This document shows, in pieces, positions 37,811 through 54,535 of a stretch of 64,000 nt of DNA. Numbering within the stretch: the stretch's first letter is position 1; each line of letters opens with the position of its first letter. A model generated the notes under the pieces. The model was not told the DNA's origin and did not search any database. It was given only the letters and a program-made list of their open reading frames with translations. Both the position numbers and the translations under genes were made by a program. Source of the stretch: an uncultured Actinomycetes bacterium (lineage in GTDB: Bacteria > Actinomycetota > UBA4738 > HRBIN12); the NCBI GenBank assembly GCA_963704725.1, contig OY969934.1, positions 1,472,001-1,536,000 of the forward strand. Direction: 5' to 3'.

Positions 37811-39813
37811 ATGACCGAGGAACGTCCGCGCGTCGCCCAGCGGCGCGGCACCTCCGCGGCCGACGGGGCCCGCGTCGTCGTCGAGGGGCTGTGGCCCGAG
37901 ATCGACGCCGGCAGGTTCCCCATCAAGCGGATCCCCGGCGAGACGGTCTCCGTCGAGGCCGACGTGTTCGGCGACGGGCACGACCTGGTCGCGGCTGCGC
38001 TGCGCTACCGGCTCGCCGGCGAACGCGAATGGCGGGAGACGCGGATGGAGCCGCTCGGCAACGACCGGTTCCGAGGGCGCTTCTCGGTCGAGGCTCTCGG
38101 CGAGTACCGGTACTCCGTGTCGGGGTGGATCGACCGCTTCGAGACCTGGCGTCGAGACCTGCGCACGAAGGTGGACGCCCGTCGCGACGTCGCGGGCGAG
38201 CTGCTGGTCGGCGCCGAGCTCGCGGCGGCCGCGGCCCGGCGGGCGTCCGGTCGCGAGCGCGATCTGCTCAAGGACGCCTCGCGGGCGCTCGCCGGGGACG
38301 ACGCCGCCCGGGCCCTCGAGGTCGCGCTCGACGAGAAGCTCCGCGAGCTGATGTCGGCCTATCCCGACCGGCGGCAGCAGGGCGCCTTCCCTCGGGAGCT
38401 ACGCGTCGTGGTCGACCCGCCGCGGGCGCGGTTCGGGGCGTGGTACGAGCTGTTCCCCCGCTCGACCTCGACCGAGCCGGGGCGGCACGGGACGTTCGAC
38501 GACGTGATCGCGCGACTGTCCTACGTGGAGGAGCTGGGGTTCGACGTCCTGTACCTGCCGCCGATCCATCCGATCGGCCACGCGCGGAGGAAGGGCCCGA
38601 ACAACGCCCCGTCGAGGAGCCGCGACGACCCCGGGAGCCCGTGGGCGATCGGCGCGGCCGAGGGCGGGCACACCGCGGTCCACCCGGACCTCGGGACGAT
38701 CGAGGACTTCGAACGGCTGGTCGCGGCGGCCGGGCGCCGGGGGATCGACGTGGCGATCGACGTGGCGTTCCAGTGCACGCCCGAGCACCCGTGGGTCCGC
38801 GAGCACCCCGAGTGGTTCCGCCACCGGCCCGACGGCGAGATCATGCATGCCGAGAACCCACCGAAGGTCTACGAGGACATCTACCCGCTCGACTTCGAGA
38901 CGAAGGACCGGCGGGGCCTGTGGGACGCCCTCCGAGACGTCGTGCGGTTCTGGTGCGATCGGGGCGTGCGCGTCTTCCGCGTCGACAACCCGCACACGAA
39001 GCCGTTCGCGTTCTGGGAGTGGCTGATCGCCGAGATCAAGGCCGAGCACCCCGACACGATCTTCCTGGCCGAGGCGTTCACGCGGCCGAAGGTGATGTAC
39101 CGGCTCGCCAAGCTCGGGTTCACGCAGTCCTACACGTACTTCACGTGGCGCAACAGCAAGCACGAGCTCACCGAGTACGTCACCGAGCTCACGCGGACCG
39201 GCGCGGTCGAGTTCTTCAGGCCGAGCTTCTGGCCGAACACGCCCGACATCCTGCACGCGTTCCTGCAGGCGGGCCCCCGGAGCGCGTTCGAGATCCGGCT
39301 GATCCTGGCCGCGACCCTCTCGTCCATCTACGGGATCTACGGCCCGGAGTTCGAGCTGATGGAGCACACGCCGCGCGAGCCCGGATCGGAGGAGTACCGG
39401 GGCTCGGAGAAGTACGAGATCCGGCGCTGGGACCTCGAGCGGCGGGACAGCCTGGCCCCGATGATCGGCATGGTGAACCGGATCCGGCGCGAGAACCCCG
39501 CGCTGCAGGACAACCGGAGCCTGCGCTTCCACGGCGTCGGGAACGATCAGCTCATCGCGTACAGCAAGTCGACCGAGGACCGCTCGAACGTGATCCTGAG
39601 CATCGTGAACCTCGACCCGCGCTCCGCGCAGTCGGGGTGGACGTCCCTGGACCTGGGTGAGCTCGGCGTTCCGGGCGACGAGCCGTTCGAGGTCGAGGAC
39701 CTGCTCACGGGGGCGGTCTACGTGTGGTCCGGCCCCGGCAACTTTGTCCAGCTCGATCCGGTGGATGCGGTGGCCCACGTGCTCAGGGTCCGGCCGGCGG
39801 GAGGACCCGCGGC

Positions 39814-39817
<4 letters not shown>
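37811..39817 (+). CDS. glgE: Alpha-1,4-glucan:maltose-1-phosphate maltosyltransferase
   Basis: WYELFPRS, YLPPIHPIG, ENPPK, FRVDNPHTKP, FLAEAFTRP, PNTPDIL. Confidence 0.96.
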
Positions 39818-43142
<3,325 letters not shown>

Positions 43143-43146
<4 letters not shown>

Positions 43147-45209
43147 GGGGGCCGAGCCGGGCGCTGCTCGAGCTGGCCCGGGCGCACGGCGTGCAGCCGA
43201 CCTTCCGCGACACGACCGGCCGCCGGCGCACGGCCGACGTGGAGGCGCTCATCGCGGTGCTCGACGCGCTGGGCGAGCCGCTCTCGAGCCCGGAGGAGGC
43301 CGCGAAGGCCCACGGGCGTCGCCGGGCGGACCGGCAGGGCCGTCTGGTCGAGCCGGTGCTCGTAGCGTGGGACGGGCGCCGCCGGGGCGTCGACGTCCGG
43401 CTCCCTCCCCGCCCCCCCGCCACCCTCCGCGCGCGGCTCGAGCTCGAGGGCGGGCAGGAGCGGGCGTGGACGGTGCGGACCGACGACGTCCTCGGCGCCG
43501 GCGGGGTGGCCACGCTCCGGCTCGGCGGCGAGCTGCCGATCGGCCGCCACGAGCTGCTCGTCGAGGCCGGCCGTCGCAGGGGCGCCGCGACGATCCTGTC
43601 GGCCCCCCGCCGGGTCCGGGCGGCCGACGGCCCGCCGGACTGGGGGGTGTTCCTCCCGCTCCACTCGCTCGTCACCGAGCGCGGGTGGGGGATCGGAGAC
43701 CTCACCGGCCTGGCCGAGCTCGGCGAGCTCGTCCGAGGGCTGGGCGGCGGTCTCGTGGCGACGCTGCCGCTGCTGGCCGGGTTCGCCGGCGAGGCGAGCC
43801 CCTATCGCCCGGTGAGCCGGCTGTTCTGGAACGAGGTGTACGTCGACGTGGAGGCGGCTCCGGGCGTCGAGCGCTCGGCCGCCGTGCGACGGCTGCTCCG
43901 CTCGGCGGGGTTCGAGCGGGAGCTCGCGGCGCTGCGGTCGGGCGACCTGGTCGATCACGGGCGGGCTCTGGCCCTGAAGCGGGCCGCCCTCGAGCGCCTC
44001 GCGGTCTCCCCCGGCGTCGAGGGGGTCCCGGGGTTCCGCCGGTTCCGTCGTGACCGGCCCGAGCTCGAGACGTACGCCCGGTTCCGAGCCGCCGGCGAGC
44101 GGTTCGGCCAGGACCCGCGGGCCTGGCCCGCCCGGGCGCGGGGCGGCGCCGTGCGGCCCTCGGACGTGGATCCGGGCGCGGTGGCCTACCACCGGTTCGC
44201 GCAGTGGGTCACCGAGGAGCAGCTCGCGGAGGTGGGTCGCCGGGCCGGTGACCTGTACCTCGACATGCCGCTCGGCGTGCATCCCGACGGCTTCGACGTG
44301 TGGCGCTACCCGGACGTGTTCGCGCCGGGGGTCTCGGTGGGCGCGCCGCCGGACGACTTCTTCCCCGGCGGGCAGGCCTGGGGCGTCCCGCCGCTGCACC
44401 CGGAGCGAGTTCGGCTGGACGGGTACGGGTACCCCATGGCCTGCTTCCGTCACGCCTTCCGACACGCCGGCGTGGCGCGTCTGGACCACGCGATCGGCCT
44501 GCACCGCCAGTACTGGGTGCCGAACGGCATGCCCGCGGACCGGGGGGTCTTCGTTCGCTACCCGGCCGAGGAGTGGTACGCGGCCATCTCGCTCGAGGCG
44601 CACCGCACCGGGACCCTCGTCGTGGGCGAGGACCTCGGCACGGTCCCGCTCGAGATCCGCACGACCATGGACCGGCATCGCTTCCTGCGCTGCTACGTCC
44701 TCGAGCTCGAGACGCTGCCGGAGCGCACCCCGCCGGTGCCGAACCCTTCGGCCCGATCGCTGGCCACGCTGAACACGCACGACCTCCCCACCTTCGCGGC
44801 GTACTGGCGGGGGACGGACATCTCGGAGCGGCTCGAGGACGGGTTCCTCGCACCCGGGCAGGTCGGCGAGGAGGAGCGGCGGCGCGCGGCGATGCGATCG
44901 GACGTGGTTCGGGCTCTCGTCCGGGCAGGGGCGCTCGACCCCGCGCGGGTGGACGACGAGCGAGCGGTGCTCTCGGCGAGCCTGGCCTGGCTCGCGGCGT
45001 CGCAGGCCCGCTTGGTGGTCGTCAACCTGGAGGACCTGTGGGGCGAGCTCCGGCAGCAGAACGTGCCGGGGACCACCGACCGGCCGAACTTCCGGCACCG
45101 CGCCGCCCGATCGCTCGAGGACCTTCGCTCGTCCCGCGACGTGCTCGCGATCCTGCGGCGGGTCGAGGCCGCCCGCCGCGGCGCACTCATGGAAGGTGAT
45201 GCGGCATGA
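43143..45209 (+). CDS. malQ: 4-alpha-glucanotransferase (amylomaltase, GH77)
   Basis: WGIGD, SPYRPVSR, GAPPDDF, RLDHAIG, GEDLG, THD, QNVPGT. Confidence 0.92.
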
Positions 45210-47113
45210 GCTCGACCCATCACGACGTGACGCTGCTCTCGGACCAGGACGTGTACCTGTTCAACGAGGGGACGCACGCCCGCCTGTACGAGCGCCTGGG
45301 CGCGCATCCCATGGAGGTCGACGGCGAGGCCGGGACGTACTTCGCCGTGTGGGCTCCGAACGCCGAGGCCGTCTCGATGGTCGGCGACGCGAACGGCTGG
45401 GACCCGCGCTCGCACCCGCTCCGACCGCGGGGCTCCAGCGGGATCTGGGAAGCGTTCGTGCCGGGCGTGGGTCCGGGCGCCATCTACAAGTTCCACATCG
45501 TGTCGAACGTCGGCGGCTATCGCGTCGACAAGGGCGATCCGTTCGCGGCGTGGTGGGAGGTCCCGCCGAAGACGGCGAGCGTCGTGTGGGACACCGCGTA
45601 CGACTGGGGGGACGGCGACTGGATGCAGGTCCGCGCCGGCGCGAACGCGCTCGACGCTCCCGCCAGCGTCTACGAGGTGCACCTCGGCTCGTGGAGGCGG
45701 GACGAGGAGGGCGGGATGCTCGGGTACCGCGAGCTCGGCGAGCGACTGGCCGAGCACGTGCAGGCGCTCAACTTCACGCACGTCGAGCTGCTGCCGATCA
45801 TGGAGCACCCCTTCTACGGCTCCTGGGGGTATCAGACGACCGGGTACTTCGCGCCGTCGAGCCGGTACGGCACGCCCCAGGACCTCATGGCGATGATCGA
45901 CCTGCTCCATCGCGAGGGCATCGGCGTGATCCTGGACTGGGTGCCCTCGCACTTCGCCTCGGACGAGTTCGGGCTGGCCTACTTCGACGGGACTCACCTG
46001 TTCGAGCACGCCGACCCGCGGCAGGGGTTCCATCCGGACTGGGGGAGCTACATCTTCAACTACGGGCGCAACGAGGTCCGGAGCTTCCTGCTCTCCTCCG
46101 CCACCCACTGGCTCGACCGGTACCACGCCGACGCGCTCCGGGTCGACGCCGTCGCGTCGATGCTGTACCTGGACTACTCGCGCAAGGCGGGGGAGTGGAT
46201 CCCCAACGAGCGGGGCGGGCGCGAGAACCTGCGCGCCGTGGAGTTCCTCCGGGGCCTGAACGCCGCCGTGTACGCGAGCCATCCGGGGATCCAGACGATC
46301 GCCGAGGAGTCGACGGCCTGGCCGTCGGTGTCGCGCCCGATCGAGCTCGGAGGGCTGGGGTTCGGCCTCAAGTGGGACATGGGGTGGATGCACGACACCC
46401 TGCAGTACCTGTCGAAGGACCCCGTGTACCGGACCCACCAGCACGACATGATCACGTTCCGCATGCTGTACGCGTTCAACGAGAACTTCGTGCTCCCGCT
46501 GTCGCACGACGAGGTCGTGCACGGCAAGGGGTCGCTCCTGGCGAAGATGCCGGGAGACGACTGGCAGCGCTTCGCGAACCTCCGGCTCCTGTACGCGTAT
46601 CAGTTCGCGCAGCCCGGCAAGAAGCTGCTGTTCATGGGGGCCGAGCTGGCCCCGTGGAGCGAGTGGAACCACGACGCCGAGCTCGAATGGGACCTCCTGC
46701 AGCACGCCTCGCACGAGGGCATCCGCCGGCTGGTCGCCGATCTCGGGAAGCTCTACCGGGAGCATCCGTCCATGCACCAGCTCGACGCGAGCCCCGACGG
46801 GTTCGAGTGGGTCGACTCGTCGGACCGAGCGGCGAGCGTGCTCTCGTTCCTGCGGAAGGACCGCGCCGGCAACCCCGTCCTGTTCGTGGCCAACTTCACG
46901 CCGGTGCCCCGGCACCGCTACCGGATCGGCGTTCCCGAAGGGGGACGGTGGACCGAGCTGATGAACACCGACGCCGAGGTGTACGGCGGCAGCGGGCAGG
47001 GCAACTACGGGGGGCTCGAGGCCGACGACGTCGCGATGCACGGCCGGGAGCGGTCGCTCGCGCTCGTCCTGCCGCCGCTCGGCGCCGTCTTCATGACCCC
47101 GGAGGGGCGCTGA
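45206..47113 (+). CDS. glgB: 1,4-alpha-glucan branching enzyme
   Basis: [45 protein letters not shown]. Confidence 0.96.
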   Translation: MSSTHHDVTLLSDQDVYLFNEGTHARLYERLGAHPMEVDGEAGTYFAVWAPNAEAVSMVGDANGWDPRSHPLRPRGSSGIWEAFVPGVGPGAIYKFHIVSNVGGYRVDKGDPFAAWWEVPPKTASVVWDTAYDWGDGDWMQVRAGANALDAPASVYEVHLGSWRRDEEGGMLGYRELGERLAEHVQALNFTHVELLPIMEHPFYGSWGYQTTGYFAPSSRYGTPQDLMAMIDLLHREGIGVILDWVPSHFASDEFGLAYFDGTHLFEHADPRQGFHPDWGSYIFNYGRNEVRSFLLSSATHWLDRYHADALRVDAVASMLYLDYSRKAGEWIPNERGGRENLRAVEFLRGLNAAVYASHPGIQTIAEESTAWPSVSRPIELGGLGFGLKWDMGWMHDTLQYLSKDPVYRTHQHDMITFRMLYAFNENFVLPLSHDEVVHGKGSLLAKMPGDDWQRFANLRLLYAYQFAQPGKKLLFMGAELAPWSEWNHDAELEWDLLQHASHEGIRRLVADLGKLYREHPSMHQLDASPDGFEWVDSSDRAASVLSFLRKDRAGNPVLFVANFTPVPRHRYRIGVPEGGRWTELMNTDAEVYGGSGQGNYGGLEADDVAMHGRERSLALVLPPLGAVFMTPEGR

Positions 47114-47132
47114 CCCCCGTGGCGAGCGCGGC

Positions 47133-49247
<2,115 letters not shown>

Positions 49248-49324
49248 GCGCTCGAGCAGCGAAGCGGTAGCGCCACGGTCGCGAGGTCGCCCCGCGACGT
49301 CGCGACCGGCTTAGGATCGGCGGG

Positions 49325-50884
49325 ATGACCCGGACCGTCTCCTCGTTGATCGACGGCGCGTGGCGCGAGGACGCGCCCGGCGGCACGCTCGCCATCGCGA
49401 ACCCCGCGCTGCTGGACGAGCCCGTGGCGGAGGCGCGACTCGGCGACGCGACGACGTTCGTGGAGGCCTGCCGCGCTGCCCGCGAGGCGCAGCTCGCGTG
49501 GGCCCGCGTGCCGGCGCCGGTACGAGGGCGCGCCGTCCAGCTGCTCGGCCGGCTCGTGGAGGACAACGCCGAGGCGCTGGCGCGGACGCTCACCCGTGAG
49601 ATCGGCAAGCCGGTCCGCGAGTCGCGGGGATCGGTGCAGGAGGTCGTCGACACGTGCAGCTTCTTCGTGTCGGAGGGCCGCCGCCTGTACGGGATGACGG
49701 TGCCGAGCGAGCTCCCCGACAAGCAGCTCTTCACGTTCCGCAACCCCGTCGGGGTGGCGGCGATCGTCACGGCCGGCAACTTCCCGGTGGCCGTGCCCTC
49801 GTGGTACCTGGTGCCGGCGCTCCTCTGCGGCAACACCGTGGTGTGGAAGCCGGCCGAGTACGCGCCGGCCACGTCCGAGGCCCTGGCGCGGCTCTTCACG
49901 CACGCCGGGTTCCCGCCCGGCGTGTTCAACATGGTGCTGGCCGAAGGCTCCGTCGCGTTCGAGGGGCTGGAGTGCGCGCTCGGCGAGGGCCTGGTGGACA
50001 AGGTCGGGTTCACCGGGTCGACCGAGGTAGGGCGGCGGATCGGCGAGCTCTGCGGTCGCCACCTGCAGTCGGCGTGTCTCGAGCTCGGGGGCAAGAACCC
50101 GCTCGTGGTGATGCCGGACGCCGACCTCGAGCTCGCGGTGGAGGGGGCGCTGTTCAGCGGGTTCGGCACGGCGGGGCAGCGGTGCACGTCGCTCGGGACG
50201 GTGATCGTCCACGCGTCCGTCCACGACGAGTTCGTCCGAGCGCTGTCGCGCGCGGTCGCGGACGCGGCGATCGGGGATCCGTTCGCCGACGTGCTCTACG
50301 GGCCGATGATCAGTGCGCGGTTCTGCGATCGGTTCCTCGGCTGGCTCGACTGGGTGCGGCCGCACCACGCGCTCCACGGCTCGAGCGGGACGGGACGCAT
50401 CACCGCGGCGAACCCCCGGGCCGGCTTCGTCGGCGATCCCGACGACGGTCTGTTCTGCCACCCAACGATCGTCGACGGCGTGACGATGGACGACGACCTG
50501 TACAAGCAGGAGACGTTCGGCCCCATCGTCGGCGTGGCCACGTTCGACACCTTCGACGAGGCGATCGCCCTCGCGAACGGCCACGGGTACGGGCTCTCGT
50601 CGTCGATCTACACGAACGATCCGAAGAGCGTGTTCCGGTTCCGCGAGCGCGTCTCGGCCGGGATGGTGAGCGTCAACAACTCGACCTCCGGCGCCGAGGC
50701 GCACCTGCCGTTCGGCGGGAACGGGCGCAGCGGCAACGGTTCGCGCCAGTCGGGCGTGTGGGTGCTCGACCAGTTCACGCGGTGGCAGGCGATGAACTGG
50801 GACTACAGCGGCCGGCTGCAGAAGGCCCAGATGGACGTGACCGACCTGGCCGCCGACTCCGCGTTCCGGCTCCCCGTCGACTGA
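49325..50884 (+). CDS. Aldehyde dehydrogenase family protein
   Basis: AGNFP, FTGS, LELGGKNP, GQRCTS, ETFGP, HLPFGG. Confidence 0.9.
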   Translation: MTRTVSSLIDGAWREDAPGGTLAIANPALLDEPVAEARLGDATTFVEACRAAREAQLAWARVPAPVRGRAVQLLGRLVEDNAEALARTLTREIGKPVRESRGSVQEVVDTCSFFVSEGRRLYGMTVPSELPDKQLFTFRNPVGVAAIVTAGNFPVAVPSWYLVPALLCGNTVVWKPAEYAPATSEALARLFTHAGFPPGVFNMVLAEGSVAFEGLECALGEGLVDKVGFTGSTEVGRRIGELCGRHLQSACLELGGKNPLVVMPDADLELAVEGALFSGFGTAGQRCTSLGTVIVHASVHDEFVRALSRAVADAAIGDPFADVLYGPMISARFCDRFLGWLDWVRPHHALHGSSGTGRITAANPRAGFVGDPDDGLFCHPTIVDGVTMDDDLYKQETFGPIVGVATFDTFDEAIALANGHGYGLSSSIYTNDPKSVFRFRERVSAGMVSVNNSTSGAEAHLPFGGNGRSGNGSRQSGVWVLDQFTRWQAMNWDYSGRLQKAQMDVTDLAADSAFRLPVD

Positions 50885-50911
50885 CCGGCCCGCCCGATAC
50901 GCTTGCGCCCG

Positions 50912-52156
50912 ATGGCTCCGGAAGCGCTCACGTTGGTCCGCGCGGGGCACCTGCTCGACGTCGTCGCCGGCGAGCTCCGGCCTGCGCAGGCGATCTCGGT
51001 CCTGGGCGAACGGATCGAGTCGGTCGGGCCGGACGACGGCGTCGTGCCGCCCGGAGCCCGCGTGATCGATCTGTCGGATCTCACAGTCCTGCCGGGTCTC
51101 ATCGACTGCCACACCCATCTGGTGGGCGAGATCGAATCGGGGCACGGGTACTCGGTGCTCGTCGAGCGCACCGGCGCCCAGGAGGCGCTCGCCGGCGTTC
51201 GCAACGCGCGCGACACGGTGCTGGCCGGCTTCACCACCGTCCGCGACGTCGGGACGTTCCGCGCGCTCGTCGACGTCGCGCTGCGCGAGGCGATCGAGGC
51301 CGGCGACGTGCTCGGCCCGAGGATGCGGTGCGCGGGCGCCTACGTGACATGCTCGGGAGGGGCGGGAGACGTGACCGGCCTCGCCCCGGACGTCGACGCC
51401 GTCGTCCCTCGCGAGCTCCGCTTCGGCGTGGCCAACTCCGTGGACGAGGTGCGCGACGCCGTCCGGCGGATCCTGCACGGCGGCGCCGACCTCATCAAGA
51501 TCATGGCGACCGGCGCCGTGCTGACCGAGGGGACGACCCCCGGCGCGGCCGAGCTCTCCGAGGCCGAGCTCCGGGCGGCGGTCGAGGAGGCCGCCCTGTA
51601 CGGGGCGCCCGTGGCGGCGCACGCGCACGGCGCCGAGGGCATGAAGCGCGCCATCCGCGCCGGGGTCCGCTCGATCGAGCACGGCTCGCTGATGGACGAC
51701 GAGGCCATCGCGATGCTCGCCGAGAGCGGCACCTATCTCGTCGCCGATGTCTACGACGGCGACTGGATCGCCGAGCAGGGCGCGGAGCAGGGCTGGTCCC
51801 CGGAGGTGCTCCGCAAGAACGAGGAGACGACGCAGGCTCAGCGTGACGGGTTCGCGAGGTGTGTGGAGGCGGGGGTTCGCCTCGCGTTCGGGACCGACAG
51901 CGGCGTCTACCCGCACGGGCTGAACGCGCGGCAGCTCGCGTACATGGTCAGGTACGGGATGACTCCGTTGCAGGCGATCCGAAGTGCGACCGTCGTGGCC
52001 GCGGACCTGATCGGGTGGCCGGACCGCGTGGGATCGATCGAGCCCGGTCGCCTGGCCGACCTCGTCGCGGTGCCCGGTAATCCTCTGGAGCGGATCGAGC
52101 TGCTCGAGGACGTGCCCGTGGTGGTCAAGGGCGGTGCCGTCCTCGAGGGTCTTTGA
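50912..52156 (+). CDS. Metal-dependent amidohydrolase (prolidase/carboxypeptidase-like)
   Basis: PGLIDCHTH, IKIMATG, AAHAHG, SIEHG, FGTDSG, ADLVAV. Confidence 0.9.
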   Translation: MAPEALTLVRAGHLLDVVAGELRPAQAISVLGERIESVGPDDGVVPPGARVIDLSDLTVLPGLIDCHTHLVGEIESGHGYSVLVERTGAQEALAGVRNARDTVLAGFTTVRDVGTFRALVDVALREAIEAGDVLGPRMRCAGAYVTCSGGAGDVTGLAPDVDAVVPRELRFGVANSVDEVRDAVRRILHGGADLIKIMATGAVLTEGTTPGAAELSEAELRAAVEEAALYGAPVAAHAHGAEGMKRAIRAGVRSIEHGSLMDDEAIAMLAESGTYLVADVYDGDWIAEQGAEQGWSPEVLRKNEETTQAQRDGFARCVEAGVRLAFGTDSGVYPHGLNARQLAYMVRYGMTPLQAIRSATVVAADLIGWPDRVGSIEPGRLADLVAVPGNPLERIELLEDVPVVVKGGAVLEGL

Positions 52157-52228
52157 CCCCGCGGAGACTCGCGCCGCCCCCGCGGGCGGCGGTAGGCTGT
52201 CGCCGGCTCGCACCCGAAGGAGCGATCG

Positions 52229-52780
52229 ATGAAGACCTGTCCGTACTGCGCCGAGGAGATCAAGGACGCCGCCATCCGATGCCGGTGGTGCCTCACCTGG
52301 CTCGTCGAGGAGGTCCCGGCGGGCGCCGAGACCAAGCCGTCGATGGCCGCCGAGCCGGCGGAGGCGCCCAGGGAGTACCCGCAGGCCACGATCGTCCAGG
52401 CCGTCCCCGTCGAGGCCAAGGTGGAGGAGCCCGCCGTCCGGGAGCCGGTCGCGGCGGAGCCCGTGGTGACCTCGGCGATGGAGCCGGTGGTGGCGCCCGC
52501 CCAGCTCGAGCCGGCGGCTCAGGCCGCGCCGGCAGAGGCCGCCGCCCAGGCAGCTCCCGCTCCGGCTGCCGCGGACACCAAGATCGAGTTCACCCACACG
52601 GGCACGCGCTACCTGCTCGGCTACGGCGGCGACTACTTCGGCATCTGGGACCGGAACGCGCCCCAGCAGGCGCTCGAGCGCTTCCCGCGCAACGACGAGG
52701 GATGGGCGAGCGCCTGGCAGCGCTATTCCGTGATCGAGACCAATTGGATGGACCTACGCACGGGGCAGAAGTCGAGCTGA
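52229..52780 (+). CDS. Zinc-ribbon protein with Ala/Pro linker and an unassigned C-terminal domain
   Basis: AAGGAG RBS; MKTCPYC..IRCRWC; AEP-rich middle; aromatic-rich C-terminal ~60 aa. Confidence 0.8.
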   Translation: MKTCPYCAEEIKDAAIRCRWCLTWLVEEVPAGAETKPSMAAEPAEAPREYPQATIVQAVPVEAKVEEPAVREPVAAEPVVTSAMEPVVAPAQLEPAAQAAPAEAAAQAAPAPAAADTKIEFTHTGTRYLLGYGGDYFGIWDRNAPQQALERFPRNDEGWASAWQRYSVIETNWMDLRTGQKSS

Positions 52781-52800
52781 TCAGGTTCGGCACCCGGCGC

Positions 52801-52809
52801 TGCTAGGCT
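52801..52809 (+). promoter_or_regulatory. Extended -10 element upstream of tRNA-Gly
   Basis: TGcTAGGCT, 9 nt before the tRNA 5' end. Confidence 0.5.
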
Positions 52810-52818
52810 TCGAAATCC

Positions 52819-52889
52819 GCGGGCGTAGCTCAATGGCAGAGCTCCAGCCTTCCAAGCTGGTCATGCGGGTTCGATTCCCGTCGCCCGCT
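52819..52889 (+). tRNA. tRNA-Gly(UCC)
   Basis: Acceptor GCGGGCG/CGCCCGC, anticodon arm CCAGC-CTTCCAA-GCTGG, GGTTCGATTC T-arm; followed by CCG rather than CCA. Confidence 0.96.
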
Positions 52890-53206
52890 CCGCTGCTCAG
52901 GGCGCGTCTTCGCAGGTCAGACGTCTGATCGGGGGCGCGCTCGCCTTCTCGCTGCCACGCAGCGTTGCTCGTCGTTTCGTGCTCTCGCCCGGAACGGATG
53001 CGGGACAGGCCGGGACGTGCCCGGAGCAGCAGACGGGTCCCCAGCGTCCCTCCTCGAATCGAGGAGGCCATCGTCGATCGCCTCGACGCGTTGCTTCGCG
53101 CGTCCCTCCAGGTTGAGTTGGCCGCCGGCTAACGCCTTGGCTCTGGGCGCGAGCGCGCGGCAGATGGGTGTTGCATTGGCTTAGCCGGAAAGGCGGAGGC
53201 GCCGAT

Positions 53207-54154
53207 GTGAACTCCGTGCGACGCGTCCAACGCCCCCCCGCCGGCGTCGGCCTCATGGCTGGCCTGTTTGCGTTCGTGGCCCTGAGCGCTCTCTTCATGG
53301 GCGGCGCCGCGCTATCCGCCGATGCTGATCGAACGAATCGAATCATCGCGATCGGGATGTTCGTCTCGCTGCTCGCCTCGTCGGTCGTGCTCGCGAGGTC
53401 GCTCTTCCTGGCCGTCTTCGGCAGTCGGATCGCCGCGCGACGCTGGTCGCGGATCAACCGCGAGCTGCATGACTTGGGGTTCCGGGATGCGGTGCCTCAC
53501 GAGGTGAGCGACACCCTGGGTCTTCCAGTCCAAGTGCTTGCGCCGTACATGCTGGCGCGAAGGAGGGGGGGCGGGATCGACCACCTAACGCTTGGAGAGG
53601 TCGACGGGCGCGAGATTCGTTGCTTCAACGTGCGGATTCGAGGCGGCGGTTGGGTTGATGTCCCTGCTGTGGCCATGAAGATCGACGCCTCCCTCTCGGC
53701 AACCGTGATCCGGCCCTTCAAGAGCCCGATTGCGCCTCGCCCCGACATGAAACGGGCCCTATTCGAGCATGAGGAGTTCAATCGCTCGGTTGCCGTCTTC
53801 TCGGTCGACGCGTTCTTCGCGAGCGCGATGGTTGATGCTCGGATGATGGATTGGCTCCGCAGGAACCTCCGGAGGACGACCATCGAACTCGCCGACCGGT
53901 GGGTGATCGCCTGGAACTGGCCCGGCCGCAGATTCGGTCGACGCCCCTTGGAACTCATCGACCTGCTTCTCGACTTCGATGGGCGAATCCCGCGCGCTCT
54001 CCCCTCGTTGTTCCCCGGGCGACATGACCACACAAGGTGGCGCCACCGGGCCGCGAGGTCGTCGATACGAGCCCCGGTCGACCAGGCGCGGAGCGAGCGC
54101 GGAACAGAGCGGATGACGGTGCGTTTGCGCAGGTCAGGGCTTAAGAAGTTCTAG
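53207..54154 (+). CDS. Hypothetical membrane protein (two N-terminal TM segments plus soluble domain)
   Basis: GGAGG before GTG; FEHEEFNRSVAV..FASAMVDARMMDWL; its stop lies at the edge of the tRNA fragment. Confidence 0.65.
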   Translation: MNSVRRVQRPPAGVGLMAGLFAFVALSALFMGGAALSADADRTNRIIAIGMFVSLLASSVVLARSLFLAVFGSRIAARRWSRINRELHDLGFRDAVPHEVSDTLGLPVQVLAPYMLARRRGGGIDHLTLGEVDGREIRCFNVRIRGGGWVDVPAVAMKIDASLSATVIRPFKSPIAPRPDMKRALFEHEEFNRSVAVFSVDAFFASAMVDARMMDWLRRNLRRTTIELADRWVIAWNWPGRRFGRRPLELIDLLLDFDGRIPRALPSLFPGRHDHTRWRHRAARSSIRAPVDQARSERGTERMTVRLRRSGLKKF

Positions 54155-54195
54155 CCTTCCAAGCTGTCATGCGGGTTCGACTCCGTCACCGGATC
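54151..54195 (+). repeat. Degenerate duplicate of the tRNA-Gly 3' half (att-like)
   Basis: AGCCTTCCAAGCTG-TCATGCGGGTTCGA matches 52846-52874 with one gap, then diverges. Confidence 0.88.
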
Positions 54196-54226
54196 GCTGC
54201 GAGCGACGACTCCGCCGCCCGGATCG

Positions 54227-54535
54227 CTAGGCGAAGAGCCGAGCGATCGCCGTCCCTGCCGCCGCCACGACCACCACCACCAGGAGCGGTGCCTTCCGCC
54301 ACAGTGCGATCGCGGCGGCGGCCACGCCGATCAGCCGGGCGTCGAACGCGAGCGCTTGGCCGTTCCCGAACGTCTGCACGGCGACGAGGGCGCCGAGGAG
54401 CGCCGGTGCGAGGAGCTCGACGACCCCGGTCAGGCGAGGGGGGAGAGGCCGCCCGCCGAGCAGGACCGGACCGGCCGCCTTGATCGCCACGGTCCCGACG
54501 CCCACGAGCGCCACGACGAGCCAGGTGTCGCTCAT
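54227..54535 (-). CDS. azlD: AzlD-family exporter small subunit
   Basis: 102 aa, hydrophobic, LLAPALLGALVA; ATGA-coupled to azlC. Confidence 0.8.
   Translation of the reverse strand: MSDTWLVVALVGVGTVAIKAAGPVLLGGRPLPPRLTGVVELLAPALLGALVAVQTFGNGQALAFDARLIGVAAAAIALWRKAPLLVVVVVAAAGTAIARLFA

Larger units (their letters stand above)
52890..54195. mobile_element. Integrase-less genomic islet relic at tRNA-Gly
   Basis: Bounded by the tRNA and a degenerate copy of its 3' half; the cargo gene has visibly more A/T-ending codons. Confidence 0.7.

Noticed and set aside
52330-52570. Quasi-repeated GAGCCG/GCC tract
   Set aside because: It encodes a low-complexity Ala/Glu/Pro linker and is not a DNA-level repeat element.
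54151-54195. Second functional tRNA-Gly
   Set aside because: It lacks the 5' acceptor strand and D-arm, and its T-stem and acceptor are disrupted.
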